A stretch of 64,000 nucleotides of DNA from Octopus vulgaris (taxonomy: Eukaryota). The stretch spans positions 120,652,001 to 120,716,000 of the forward strand of contig OX597820.1 in assembly GCA_951406725.2 (NCBI GenBank). The letters are read 5' to 3'. A model generated the notes under the pieces. The model made no database searches and was not told the DNA's origin. It was given only the letters and a program-made list of their open reading frames with translations. Each line of letters opens with the position of its first letter. Positions within the stretch are counted from its first letter, which is position 1. Shown here piece by piece: positions 40,148 through 54,958 of the stretch. Position numbers and translations under genes: made by a program.

Positions 40148-40281
40148 ATGAGACGGGCCTCTTTGAGTTTCCGTCCACCAAATCCACTAACAAGGCTTTA
40201 ATTGGATCGAAGCTATGGTAGATGACACTTGCCGAAAGTGTCACTCAGTCGGACTGGGGAAGCAAATTTCTTACCACATGG

Positions 40282-40285
<4 letters not shown>
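40148..40285 (-). mobile_element. SINE family B, diverged 5' fragment
   Basis: GTTTCCGTCCACCAAATCCACT.ACAAGGCTTT...GACACTTGCC. Confidence 0.65.
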
Positions 40286-40353
<68 letters not shown>

Positions 40354-40534
40354 CTAATGCTCGTAGCTTAGTTTTTCCTTGGGGCGGACCGGATCGGAGC
40401 GATCTCAAGATTAATTAGCCGAAATTGCTAGGATGATCCGGTTCTTCACTGAAGATTGAAGGCTTCAAATGTCCCGTCCGTGTTTTTTGTATCGTCTTCT
40501 AAATGTTTTACGTTCTTGTCCCAGTTTGTATTTT

Positions 40535-40695
<161 letters not shown>

Positions 40696-40930
40696 GTATT
40701 TTCAAAATGTAGCCACATGTGAATCGTTGGCGATTTTCTTCCTCCGTCATTCTTTCTATTGGACCTTCTTCTGTTTCTGAAGAAGAGCGTTGCTTCTTCA
40801 TCTTTCTTTCCCTCTCAGAGCGTCTGCTAATACTTAACATGTACCACGTCCTCGCGTTGTTGCTATTCTTTTGTTTTGTGTTTGTTCTTTTTGGGGGATT
40901 TACTATATATAGAGAGAGAGATGCACACAA

Positions 40931-40983
<53 letters not shown>

Positions 40984-41216
40984 CATCTATATAAATATAT
41001 ATGTGTGTGTGTGTTTACTTCCAATTGTCTTCTCTCTTTTACCTTTGTCGCTGTTTCCATTTTACGTTGAATTTTGTCTCGGTTTACGTTTTGGTATTTT
41101 TTCTCTTTTTCGAACTTAATATTTAATTTTTTTTTTTACTTGATTGTTGATTTTTTTCCTCCCAGAAAATATATTTACTTTTTTACTTTGTTCTCCGCTA
41201 ATTCTTGCATTCTCTT

Positions 41217-41260
<44 letters not shown>

Positions 41261-41898
41261 TCTCTCTCTCGCTCTCTCTCTCAGTATAGCACACACCCGC
41301 TGACACACACGCACATGTACACACATTATGAAAAGAATGTAGATCAAATACTTCCCTTAATATCGGAAACAAACTGAAACTTGTCCGATTGTTTTGCTGA
41401 TTTTTGCTTATATCTTTTGCAAATATTTGACGGAGATATTAATTCCTCTCCTTATACAAACTTAGTCTCAGAACGGACGGTTCTTGATATTTTGCTCAGC
41501 CATTCCTTCATTCATTCATTCCTCTCTTAGAAAAACCGATTTATTCTTTCAGTTTGATGGCATTCGCGCTCTCTCCCCGCCTCTCTCGCTTTATCTCTAT
41601 ATCTATCACTTATTCCATACATCTCCGCCTGTCGATTTATTGCATTCTGTGTAAACTATCTCCTACTGCAGTCCATGTTGCACATTTTCTTCCGACTCCA
41701 CCGACCGATATGTATCACTCACACACACACTTATACATATCTATGCAACTACGTGTATGCATATATGTGTGGACATTTACACACACACTCACATCACACA
41801 TATACACATACGCATATATACATGCACACACACGTACACACACACACATATATATATGTAGATATTTATGTGTATACACTTTGCATATATATGTATAC

Positions 41899-41963
<65 letters not shown>

Positions 41964-42055
41964 TATACCGAATAATTAATACCTAAATATATGTGTGCAT
42001 CTATCTATCTGCCAGTCTATTTAGCTACCTATCTATCTGTCTGTCTGTCTGCCTA

Positions 42056-42130
<75 letters not shown>

Positions 42131-42209
42131 ATATATATACACACATATACAGATACGTACATATATATATGTATATATATGCGTATATATATATATATAT
42201 ATATATGTC

Positions 42210-42296
<87 letters not shown>

Positions 42297-43059
42297 TATA
42301 TATGCATATATATATATAGAGAGAGATACACATATACATATAAATTTTTTTCAGAATGAGATAAAAAAATCCAAAAAGATTTCAGTAAATTTATAAATAG
42401 AAGGTCTTACAGCTGTTTCCGGGATTTTTTTTATATCCCTTCATGGGAGACGGTGTGAGACAATAGCTAAGAAATAGTTATTCTAGACAAGATATGAAAT
42501 AGAGAGTATATACATATATATATATATATATATATACATACATATGCATACACCCACTCATGTATATGTATATATATGTGTGTGTGTGTGCATGTGTGCG
42601 TGCGCGTGTTTGTGTGTGTATCGAATCTGCTGCTCCCCGCTGATGTTATAGAGAGACTCTCACTAAGTATGGTGTTTCTGGTGACAACAAAATATTGAAC
42701 ATATTTTTCGCCTGAAGGATCGCAGTCGGAGAGAAAATCTCAGCAGCAAAGGAATGAATAAATATAGTGACTACATTTATTGACTGAGTTTTCACTGGTT
42801 ATCAAGCACTGCGTTACATACGAATCGCTTTTTCCTGCGCCATTTTTTTTATTTCCTTGGAATTGTTGTTGTTTATGTGGTTTCGTAATCACACATCCAC
42901 CACGCTCATTATCCATTCATTTATTTTTTTAATTACCTGCCCGCATTTCTTTCAGCCCAACTCTTTAATACATAGTTATATGTCGTCTGCCCACAGTTAT
43001 TTATCTCCTCTCTCTGTTTATCATCTATCTCTCTCTCTATCTATCTATCTATCTATTTT

Positions 43060-43092
<33 letters not shown>

Positions 43093-43101
43093 TTATCTAT
43101 G

Positions 43102-43176
<75 letters not shown>

Positions 43177-43877
43177 TCACCTGTCTAGCTATCACCTTTC
43201 TGAGTGTACGTTCATGGCTCTCTGTCCGTCTATATACGCACCGTTTTTCTCTATTTATTATGTGATAAACTTTTACATAAATACAGGTACTTATATTATC
43301 ATTGAAAAATATTCAAAACCTACATCTTCTTTTTACTCACACTCACAAAAGTATCCATTAATGATTGTTCCTCTCTCTCTCTCTCTCCCTCTCTTTCTCT
43401 TTCTTCTCTCTTGCTCTTCGTTTTTAATTATGTTGAGGAATGCGAAATGGTATCTATGTTACCACAAACTCAACTCTTTTTTAACCCTGTCTTCTTTTCA
43501 GTAACAAATCTAATTGTTTTCAAGTTCTCATTTTCCTAATCTACATATATTTTTATCTTTCCCTTCTTAAGAAATTAAATTATCTCCCTTTCAGTTGATT
43601 ATTCTCAACCTCATACAACTACATCGTTGTCAATGAATATAATTTTCGCTTGTTATTTCTCACAATTTTTCTCTCTCTTTTCTTATCGTCTCTCACTTAG
43701 TTTCTCTCGTACGAAATACTTTCGTACGTATGGATGCCTGTTGTTATACATATATAATGTTATTTACATAGTACATATTATTCATGTAATATCCCCCCTC
43801 TCTCATTCCCTCTCTCCCCCCCTCTCTCATCACTAATATTTTAGGATATCATGAATGTCAATAATATTTAGAACCAA

Positions 43878-44055
43878 GCCGGCGGGCTGGCAGAAGCGTC
43901 AGCCCTCTGGGCAAAATGCTTAGATGCATTTCGACCGTCTTAACGTTCTGAGTTCAAATCTTAGCGAGTTCGACTTTGCCTTTCCTTCTTTCACAGTCGA
44001 TAAAATAAGACTTACCACCACTCACGAAATATCTGCTCTTCCGCCAAAATTTTAA
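43878..44055 (+). mobile_element. SINE family A-related, diverged
   Basis: GGCGGGCTGGCAGAAGCG...CTGAGTTCAAATC...CGACTTTGCCTTTC. Confidence 0.7.
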
Positions 44056-44559
44056 GCCAATATTATTTATCACCTATCGAACTAGAACAATAAAGTATTG
44101 CTTATCTAGCGCCAAGTAGGATGTGTATGGTAATTGTTAACGCATTTAGAAAACTTCACCATCGTAGTATGAGACACCAGTCATTTTAAGGGGATCGACA
44201 CTGTTCTAGGTGTCTACGAATTGCTTAGAAGATCAAAGATTAACTCGTAACATTAGGGGGTAAGTTGTTCGGTACGTGGAGAAGGGGTCAGTGCCGTCCA
44301 ACAGTGACCTGAGACAACTGGAAGCATGGAACGTTTAAATTATTCGCAGCCTAGTTTGACTCAGATCAACATGTCGAGAAGAGCTGGAAAGAGGTGACCA
44401 GCAGACTGGTGAATCTCACACGGAAGCATGCAGAATGGTCCATAAGAGGTGGCGAACTTCTACGTTCCATTTGGCATCTTCTCCCGTCCGAGTATCTTTC
44501 CTTACCCCAATACACACTTGACCGAGAGAGAGAGAGAGAGAGAGAGATGTTGTGGTTGT

Positions 44560-45100
44560 TTTGACGATTATTAGCGGTATAAATTTTTGTGCCTGCAGTT
44601 ACTGAGGACGAATTGTAGAAAATGTAACACACACCATGTACACTCCGAAAATACGTTTCCCAATGCAAAATTTCAGTTACCAATGCCGGGATGTATGGTC
44701 GACAATGCAGCAGTTAAGGACACCAAATGGAACGCCTGACCAGTTGTGTCCTTCAGGAGCGATGGATATCGATGCTGTGCAAATTTTGTGGCTTATTAAT
44801 ATTATAAACCTCAACCGAGCCGGAGTCAAATTGAATAGCCTGACCATTACAATATTATGACTATTAATTTCAGCTGTTTTAACACCCGGTACTCTCATAG
44901 GCTCACCACCCACCACATCAATTTGCAACCGACCAGCGAACTAGGAAATCATATACATTGTGCATGAGTGGTCGAAAACCTTTATTCAACCTCCGTTATG
45001 TCAACACTTCAAATGTAAAATTCTTCCCTGATGATGGATGCTGATATTTTTCGATGATGGAATCAATTTACAGGCAGCCACCAGTGTGAAAATATTTTTA
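44560..45100 (+). mobile_element. Possible highly decayed Penelope GIY-YIG remnant
   Basis: YKFLC / CSY*GR fragments near 44575-44610, NLNRAGVKL near 44800, CTGATGA motif at ~45028. Confidence 0.35.
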
Positions 45101-45269
45101 ATACGGAGCAAATAATTCATTTGCAAAGATATTATTTAATGTTTTTTTGGACCTGCAAGCGCCTATATCATTGATTCTGATGTTATCATTTTCAATTGTT
45201 ACTCTAAATAATGGCAGTGTCAATAATATCTTCGCGAATCTTTTCTCCTGAATTATTTGCTCCGTATTG

Positions 45270-45320
<51 letters not shown>

Positions 45321-46640
45321 CATTTTGGTACCGGTTTCAGACTTTGCGACTTTTTCAACATAGAGTAAAGTATGAAAGGCAATTAAATTGTGGAATAATT
45401 AAATGAAATGTTTTTTTTAAAAATTCATATGCCTTTCAAATGCAAGTGACATTTTCCTCTGTTCTGTCCGTCTGTCTGTCTCTTTCTCTCTCTTTTACTC
45501 TTGTGAGGACTTGGTAGCAGGTAGCCGGTAGTAGCAGTCCTAAAAGAATATTTGATATGAATTCTTGGTTTTGATTGTTCAAGCAGCAGTAGTAGTCGAA
45601 GAAGGAGGCGGCGGAGAAGATGATGAAGGAGGAGAAGAGGAAGGAGGAGGGGGAGAAGAAGAAGAAGAAGAAGAAGAAGAAGAGAAAGATTCATAAAAAT
45701 GCGTGAGTGGTATGACAATATTAGGATGTTGGTGGAATCCTCTTATATGGTCAAGTGGCCTAAAAGTATCCTGACAGAATCAAATTATATATAAATGAAT
45801 ATATATGTATATACATCAGCATGTATGTATGTATGTTCAATAGGGTGTGCTTGTCTATGTCTCTGTGGCAGTGATACATTGTATGGTTATAGGTATATTT
45901 TTGTGTGTGTGTGTGTGTATGTGTGCAGTATTTACAGAACACCTTGAAAAATATACCAGACTGATTTGATCTATAACATATAATTTCTTTCTATTCATTT
46001 CGACGGAATATACCTGTCTGACGGAAGTGCAGTGTCTAATGCTGCCATGTTGAAAATCTGTAACTTTCGACGCCTTATGGTTCACCGTTCACAATATACA
46101 ATAAAACAATTTCTGTCTGCATTGATTTAGAGAAAATACATCCTGTATTTAAGTACTTATTGCCTTGCGTTGTTGTACTAGTTAGAGATCAATGGTTAAA
46201 CGTAATGACAGGCAGGACAAATTAGTATTGGATTTAATTGCTTCGATTAATCTCTGATACTGGTGATTATCTGTTAGACTTGTTGGTTTGAGGATTCGCT
46301 TTGATTCTATCGAATGTGAGAGGGATAGTGTGAGAAAGCAAGAGATATATAATGATGGAGTAACGCACCAAGATATGGCGAGTGATGAAGAGAATTCAAG
46401 AGAAACATTCGTCTTGAATTTGGTGGGAAGGGAATGTGACTATAGGGAATAGATTTTACTACACACTGCATCGAATTTATGGCTTTTAATGTAAACTATT
46501 TCGGCGGATTATAAACTTGAATCAGCCTTCATTTACAGCGATATATTATTGAACCGTATTACAGATCGATCGTAGTGTTCCACTTACATTCAGTCTAATT
46601 ATGTATCCACTCACTTTGAGTATTTTGGTGTGTGTGTGCG

Positions 46641-46736
<96 letters not shown>

Positions 46737-46829
46737 GACGCGCGCGCACCCACACATATGTATACATACGTACATATATATATATATACGTGAATATGTA
46801 TATATTTTTATATACACACATACATATAT

Positions 46830-47058
46830 TCTTTTATTCTTGTTTCAGTCAGATGACAGCGGCCATGCTGGAGTACCACCTTCAGTCGAAGAAAGTGACT
46901 TTGTGAGCCTAGTACCAACTCTGACGGACCCTTTTTGCCGCACTGCTACGTTACGGATACTTAAACACGCCAACATCGGTTGTCAAGCGATGGTGGAGTG
47001 ACAATCAACAGACACACAAACATATACATATATAAACATATATAGGACGGGCGTCTGT
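46830..47058 (-). mobile_element. SINE family B, diverged
   Basis: CTTGTTTCAGTC..GCGGCCATGCTGGAGTACC...CATCGGTTGTCAAGCGATG. Confidence 0.7.
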
Positions 47059-47438
47059 CGTATGTTATTATAGTTAGCATAATATATTTAAAGTTTTCTA
47101 AATGTCTCTTCCCGAACATATCCATGGTTTGGCCTATAAATGATTGGAAGATCCCCGTTATAGGGGAGCCGTTCACTTAGATACAATTCGACGATCTTAA
47201 GAGAATCTTGTTCAAGGGGGTACCCACAAATACGTCGAATATATGATTTAACTCAGTAGGAATCATCGAAAAATAAAAACAACTGTTTGAATCGCACTGA
47301 ATAATTTTTGATATTCGGGTCACTGTTTCCATCGAACTTGTTCTTTTCTTCCTTCACTTTCTGTTATTGCATATCTATCACATTTACGTGTGTGTGTGTG
47401 TATGTATAAGAGTGTGTTCGTGTGTCAATTTATAGGGT

Positions 47439-47737
47439 AGGCGTGTGGCTCAGTGAACAGTTTATTCAGATCACGTTCGTAAGTTCGAATCATGGCTGAG
47501 TGTTATGTGTTTCGCCAAGGCATTTCCTCTCATGTTTTCTCTGCTCCATTCTGCTGACAAAAACGGTTAGTACTTGTATTGCAAAGGGTCAGCTTTGACG
47601 CATTCTGTGCACGAGAGCCACTTTGAAGGGACGCGTGACCATGGGGTGCCCATCCACTTGCACGTTAATTTCTCGAGCTAGCAGTTTCGTTGATCAGATG
47701 CTCTAGGGCTCTTGTCGTCCTAACCAACGGAGTGCCA
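47439..47737 (+). mobile_element. Diverged tRNA-derived SINE (family D, possibly Meta-SINE-like)
   Basis: GTGGCTCAGTG A-box-like and AAGTTCGAATC B-box-like head, followed by a non-tRNA body; single copy in this window. Confidence 0.45.
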
Positions 47738-47814
47738 CTGTGTGAAGACATAAATAAACACAAGCACACACACGCACACGCACACACTCACACACACACA
47801 TATATATATATATA

Positions 47815-47965
47815 CTGTACTCTTTCTCCCACTCTTTCTTCTGTTGGCCTGCTCGCTTAGCCAGCAGGGTGGCGTCGTTCGAAGGCTAAAACAATACGAA
47901 CACATTGTGACCAGTGATGTGTCGCAACATCTAATGGTCTGGTCGATCAAGTGATCACGTGATAT
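47815..47965 (+). mobile_element. SINE family C, 3' half
   Basis: Homologous to 7730-7893 (CTCGCTTAGCCAGC.GGGTGGC...GAAGGCTAAAACAAT). Confidence 0.8.
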
Positions 47966-48792
47966 ACATACATATATATATATATATATATACACTCACA
48001 TTCATATAATTATATACTAAGAAAATAGACGGACATTTAATAAGACAAATATACACACTTATATATACAGTGCCGTTATCTGACGTTCTCTTTACCTATG
48101 TCTGTCTATAAAATTCAATATTTCACTAACCTATATAACATTATTTAACCTCATCGGAATGTTTGGAGATATATTACCGTAATCTTTGAATTGTCTTCCC
48201 AAACAATGACATAAAACGTGCATAAAATGTAATAGCTTCATAAAATATTTAACCTCTAACATGGATATTTTTGTCCAAATATTCTTTAATCGTTGAGCAC
48301 TGTATTTGTTTTGCTTTTTTATTTTACACTTTCGGTCGATTTCTATATTTTTTTGTTTTTTTTTTTGGTTTCGTCCGGCATCGCAGTTTTATTCGTTTAT
48401 TCGTATTCCGTGCTGTTTTATTTTATGGTCTATGTTTATTTAGTTTGGCCGTTTTTTTGACTGGTTCTTTTTCGAGAATTCTTTGGATGATTAATATTAT
48501 TTTGCGTTCGTTTCATTGCCAAGTTCTCAATCGGCCATCTTTGAACGAACGGCACCACTTTACGTTACTCACGCATGCGCGAGCGCACTCATACACGCAG
48601 CGCACACATTTATAAACTCACAAGATTGTTTATATTCATATATATATGTGTGTGTTTGTGTATGCGTATATACATGCAAATGTATACATGTTCATACATA
48701 TATATTTACACGCATACGTGTGTGTGTGTGTGTATACATATATATAGATATATATGTATGTGTCTATTTATCTATCAATCTATCTATCTCTA

Positions 48793-48838
<46 letters not shown>

Positions 48839-48842
48839 CATA

Positions 48843-48880
<38 letters not shown>

Positions 48881-48944
48881 CATATATATGTATATATATA
48901 TGTATGTATATATGTATGTATCTATTTATCTATCAATCTATCTA

Positions 48945-48986
<42 letters not shown>

Positions 48987-49007
48987 CATACATATATATG
49001 TATATAT

Positions 49008-49075
<68 letters not shown>

Positions 49076-49889
49076 TATACATATATACATTCATAGACAC
49101 ATATATACATTTGTATGTATTTATACATTCGGAGTCAGAAACGCAGGCCATACCGCTATGTGTTTTTGCATATATGCGAGTGTCCGTATGTTTCTGTCTC
49201 CGTTTATAACATCATGTGCATTTCACAGACCCTGTCCTTATACCGCACGATATTACATTAAAAGTTTAATTATTCTCTGCCTTTTTTTTTTTTTACCAAG
49301 CTAACAAGAACTCATATTCCAACATAATAGGAATCCGGCAATAACGAATTTACAACAGCAAAACAACGTATGCAATAACAAACGACCGCTTTATTTTCCT
49401 CAAAGGATTTTAATAATCACTTCCTTTTTTAGTTTCCCAATGTGAAAAGTTAAAGGGAAGAGAGAACCGCAACAAACAATTCTTTAATAAGAATTTCATT
49501 TATTTCAAACGTTATTTGCTACTTTTGGTATATGTAGCGGACAATAAACTATATATGTGTGTGTTTGTGCTAGTGTGTGCGTGTATACATACATACATGA
49601 TACACATATATATATATATATCATATATGCTAGTGTGTGCTTTCATGTTTCTCAGTGTATACTTTGAGGCCATTTTCATTTTTGTCTGTTTTTCTTCATA
49701 AATATTGGAAACACGTTGAATGCCTTGTAACGAATTTAATAATATTATTATATGTCATCATATCGGATAGGCAATTTCAGCGAGTTTCCATTTCATTGCG
49801 ATTCCACAGAATTTTCTTCATCTTCAGAAATCATTCATATTTGAAATTAAAATGAGATTTACCGTCCCATTCGTTATCACACCAAATTT

Positions 49890-50727
49890 TGATCTAAAAT
49901 TTTGGCAAAAGGCCAGAAATTTCGGGGGATGTTATGAGTAGTTTACATCGAGCCCAGTGCTCAATTGGTATTTAATCTATCGACTCTGAAAGAATGAATA
50001 GCAATGTCGACCACAACGGAATTTGAACTCAGTGCATCATGACTGAACGTGTCTGAACGTGTCAAAGTGCTGTCATCTGCCTGTTGGCTCTCCTTCTGCA
50101 ACTCAACTTGATTTCGAGTCGGGTCGTTTGCTGCCGGAGAGGACCGATCAGGTAAAGGATCTGGGTATCTTGGTGGATTCCTCCTTTTTGCCTTCGGTCC
50201 AGTGCGTCCATGCTGCCAACAAAACACGTGGAGTTCTGTTCTTGATTCGACGGTCATTCGGAATGCTCACAGTAGCCATATTCCTACCGCTCTGTTACTC
50301 TGGTGAGACCCATATTGGAGTACGGGATTCAAGCCTCTTCTCTTTATCTCCTCAAAGACATACAGCATCTTAAAAAAGTCCAGAAGCTGGCCATCTGCCT
50401 GGTACTTGGTCTCAAGAATTTGTCTTACGAAGAAAGGCTGCGACGATTTCATCTCAATCGAAGGAGGGGGGCTTTCTCAATCCGAGTTGCGGATCTGTGG
50501 AATAAGCTGCCAGACGAGATGGTGAGGATGCCGACGACCGCTCGGTTCAAAGTCGCCCTTGACCACAAGTGGCCTGAACTCTTTACATGAACACCACCCT
50601 GTACATAACTCCATGTCCCCCTACATGGCCATGCTTTTTTGCTTTTTGAGCCAAAAAATTAACTAACTAACTGACGGATAAAAGCATTTTCCCCCGCATG
50701 ATAACGATTCAACCAGTTCACCACTTT
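49890..50727 (-). mobile_element. SINE family A-related copy split by a LINE insertion
   Basis: Body and tail at 49890-50032 (ending CGGAATTTGAACTCAG); the head continues at 50673-50727 (GACGGATAAAAGCATTTT..ATAACGATTCAACCAGTTCACC). Confidence 0.7.
50035..50672 (+). mobile_element. CR1-group LINE, 5'-truncated ORF2 C-terminus
   Basis: VKDLGILVDS...VRPILEYG...LSYEERLRR...FSIRVADLWNKLP...FKVALD motifs with frameshifts; short 3' UTR ending in (AACT)n. Confidence 0.88.
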
Positions 50728-52702
50728 ACGTCACACCATATATAACGATTTTACCAGCTCGCTGCTTTACGTTACACCATATATAACGATTTTACCAGCT
50801 CGCTGCTTTACGTCACACCATATATAACGATTTTACCAGTTCGCTGCTTTACCTCACACCATATATAACGAATTTACCAGCTCGCTGCTTTACGTCACAC
50901 CATATATAACGATTTTACCAGCTCGCTGCTTTACGTCACACCATATATAACGATTTTACCAGCTCGCTGCTTTACGTCACACCATATATAACGATTTTAC
51001 CAGTTCGCTGCTTTACCTCACAACATATATAACGATTTTACCAGTTCGCTGCTTTACCTCACACCATATATAACGATTCTATCACGTCACACCATATATA
51101 ACGATTTTACCATCTCGCTGCTTTACATCACACCATATATAACGATTCTACCAGCTCGCTGCTTTACGTCACACCATATATAACGATTTTACCAGTTCGC
51201 TGCTTTACCTCACACCATATATAACGATTCTATCACGTCACACCATATATAACGATTTTACCAGCTCGCTGCTTTACGTCATACCATATATAACGATTTT
51301 ACCAGTTCGCTGCTTTACCTCACACCATATATAACGATTCTATCACGTCACACCATATATAACGATTTTACCATCTCTCTGCTTTACGTCACACCATATA
51401 TAACGATTTTACCAGCTCGCTGCTTTACGTCACACCATATATAACGATTTTACCAGCTCGCTGCTTTACGTCACACCATATATAACGATTTTACCAGTTC
51501 GCTGCTTTACCTCACAACATATATAACGATTTTACCAGTTCGCTGCTTTACCTCACACCATATATAACGATTCTATCACGTCACACCATATATAACGATT
51601 TTACCATCTCGCTGCTTTACGTCACACCATATATAACGATTCTACCAGCTCGCTGCTTTACGTCACACCATATATAACGATTTTACCAGTTCGCTGCTTT
51701 ACCTCACACCATATATAACGATTCTATCACGTCACACCATATATAACGATTTTACCATCTCTCTGCTTTACGTCACACCATATATAACGATTTTACCAGC
51801 TCGCTGCTTTACGTCACACCATATATAACGATTTTACCAGCTCGCTGCTTTACGTCACACCATATATAACGATTTTACCAGTTCGCTGCTTTACCTCACA
51901 ACATATATAACGATTTTACCAGTTTGCTGCTTTACCTCACACCATATATAACGATTCTATCACGTCACACCATATATAACGATTTTACCATCTCTCTGCT
52001 TTACGTCACACCATATATAACGATTTTACCAGCTCGCTGCTTTACGTCACACCATATATAACGATTTTACCAGCTCGCTGCTTTACGTCACACCATATAT
52101 AACGATTTTACCAGTTCGCTGCTTTACCTCACAACATATATAACGATTTTACCAGTTTGCTGCTTTACCTCACACCATATATAACGATTCTATCACGTCA
52201 CACCATATATAACGATTTTACCATCTCTCTGCTTTACGTCACACCATATATAACGATTCTACCAGCTCGCTGCTTTACGTCACACCATATATAACGATTT
52301 TACCAGTTCGCTGCTTTACCTCACACCATATATAACGATTCTATCATGTCACACCATATATAACGATTTTACCAGCTCGCTGCTTTACGTCACACCATAT
52401 ATAACGATTCTACCAGCTCGCTGCTTTACGTCACACCATATATAACGATTTTATCAGTTCGCTGCTTTACCTCACACCATATATAACGATTCTATCACGT
52501 CACACCATATATAACGATTTTACCAGCTCGCTGCTTTACGTCACACCATATATAACGATTTTACCAGTTCGCTGCTTTACCTCACAACATATATAACGAT
52601 TTTACCAGTTCGCTGCTTTACCTCACACTATATATAACGATTCTATCACGTCACACCATATATAACGATTTTACCATCTCGCTGCTTTACGTCACACCAT
52701 AT
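50701..52702. repeat. Minisatellite of 52 units (42 x 41 bp and 10 x 28 bp) with higher-order structure
   Basis: Long unit ATAACGATTTTACCAGCTCGCTGCTTTACGTCACACCATAT; short unit ATAACGATTCTATCACGTCACACCATAT. The counted lengths sum to 2002 bp, matching the span. Confidence 0.97.
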
Positions 52703-54374
52703 ATCAGATATTGTACGAAGTCAAAGTTTATATGACTTTTACCACAGGTAACTGAAACCTCTGCTTTCTACTAGTATTCGGTCGGGTTACTGCATTTCTT
52801 TGTATTCTTAGATGTATTATTAATGTCTTTATGAGATAATCCTAATTAGAACTGCCGTTGCTGATTTACCAAACATTATATGTTATATATCAAACCCAAC
52901 CGCTTGAAGATGAAATTATTTTCTCCACTCTGCTCCAATGCATACCTCAAGTTCGAACAATTCAATGATGTAATCAGCAACACTACGCTTTAATTTACTT
53001 TTATTATTAATGAGATCTAATTGAACTAAGAGGGAATTTAATCACTGTGAGTAGTAGGCAATCCGTAGCAACGTGTGTGTCTCTTCTGTTTAGAAATTAA
53101 GATACATACTGGTGCAGTAATGTGTAAGAAATAACTTAAATGTGTATTCGAAATAATCTTTCTCCCATAGAAAAAATATTATAGAAGAGATTGCGAAATT
53201 ACTCAGCTAATTTTAAGGTTTCAAGAGTGTAAGATCTGAGTGTATACGATCGCGAATCCACAACAGCAAGTCTACCATTCAATTTAATGCCAACAGTAAC
53301 TGTAATATCGCCATGATAATCACTAAAAATTGCTTCGATTAATAATCAAAACCCTTCTTCTAATGACAATGAATATTTATTGGTACCCCAACGTCAGGAT
53401 ACCAGGGTGTGAGCCTTGCGCTTCAAAATATTAGAAAACGCTTCATATTGGTCAGTGGCAAAATCTAAAGTAAAACATAGTATAAAAACTATATCAGATA
53501 CATTCTATAATTTAATAAATATAATTTTAGTAACGATTGTAAGAGGATTCTGCACAGATGCACAAAAACGTGTTTATAGCAGCAGTTTTAATTGCAATTA
53601 AATAAATGATTTTTTGTAGAGATGCATATTATTAATATTGTATGTAATAAACACTAACTTCCAAGAAAGTTCATCTCAAAAAAAGATATTATGACACCTT
53701 ACGCCCTGTCATTATGGGGTCTCTGTTCTTGGATCAGTTTACATCCCAAATAGTTGACATGTGTACTAACAGAAATAACCATCTTACTGTTTGTACAGTA
53801 AGCTAAGATTTCTAAAAGGTGCAATATTGAGTTGGAAAACTTTACAATACTTGGAAGAATATCGTGGTTACAAAACGGATTACTGTGTCCTTGCCAGCAA
53901 TACATTTATCAGTAGAGGTAAACATAATTCATATTTTCAAATAAATTCCTTTAAAATAGCTTATTTGAAGCTTGTTACTTCAGTAGAAAAGGTCCCTCGT
54001 ATTAGAATATGAATACAGTTGTTTAAGTAAGCGTTGTAATTGAAGAAATTAACTCCTGTAAATATTGTATAGTATATAATTGGTCATCAATCACACCACG
54101 AGAAAGAGTAGAAAGAAGCTACCAAATTACCTTCTACTAATTCTCTCTGTTCCCCGGTTTCCCAATCCACTCTCCTAAAATATCAATGTGCATAGTAAAT
54201 CAAACTATGCCTTATCCTGTTTATTGAATAAGAATTAAAGCAATTACCGGATTGTATAAACATTCAAGTTGGATATAAAGATTATTCAAGTGTATGAGCC
54301 AAGTAAATCCATAATATTAAAATAATTGTACATAGATTTATTTGAGAAAATAGTGAAGCAGTTACAAATAATAT

Positions 54375-54600
54375 TGCCTTCTAATTTTGGGACAAGGCCG
54401 TCAAATTCGGAGAGTGGGGCGAAAATCGATTGCATCGATGACAATTGTCAACTCATACATATATTTATCGACTCCCCGAAAGGGATGAAAGGCAATTTTT
54501 GATTCCAGTGGAATTTGAACTCGGAATGCAAAGCCGAACGAAATACCGCTAAGCGTTATCTCCCGGCGTGCTAACAATTTTCGCAGATCATCGACTTAAT
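54375..54600 (-). mobile_element. SINE family A-related, diverged
   Basis: GGATGAAAGGCAA...GGAATTTGAACTC...GAAATACCGCTAAGC...CCGGCGTGCTAAC. Confidence 0.75.
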
Positions 54601-54640
54601 AATTATAATACTTTTGACGTTAAGAGTAATTGCTTTCCAG

Positions 54641-54864
54641 CTCTATTTACTCTTTACTCTTTTACTTGTTTCAGTCATTTTGACTGCGGCCATGCTGGAG
54701 TACCGCCTTTAGTCGAGAAAATCGACCCCGGGACTTATTCTTTGTAAGCTCAGTACTTATTCTATCGGTCTCTTTTGCCGAACCGGTAGGTGACAGGGAC
54801 GTAAACACACCAGCATCGGTTGTCAAGCAATGCTAGGGGGACAAACACAGACACACAAACACAC

Positions 54865-54958
<94 letters not shown>

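Noticed and set aside
48750-49015. ~160-bp duplication inside a compound microsatellite
   Set aside because: Expected slippage or assembly noise in (TA)n/(CT)n DNA.
50701-52702. CRISPR array
   Set aside because: No unique spacers: the units are near-identical tandem copies. No cas genes and a eukaryotic context.
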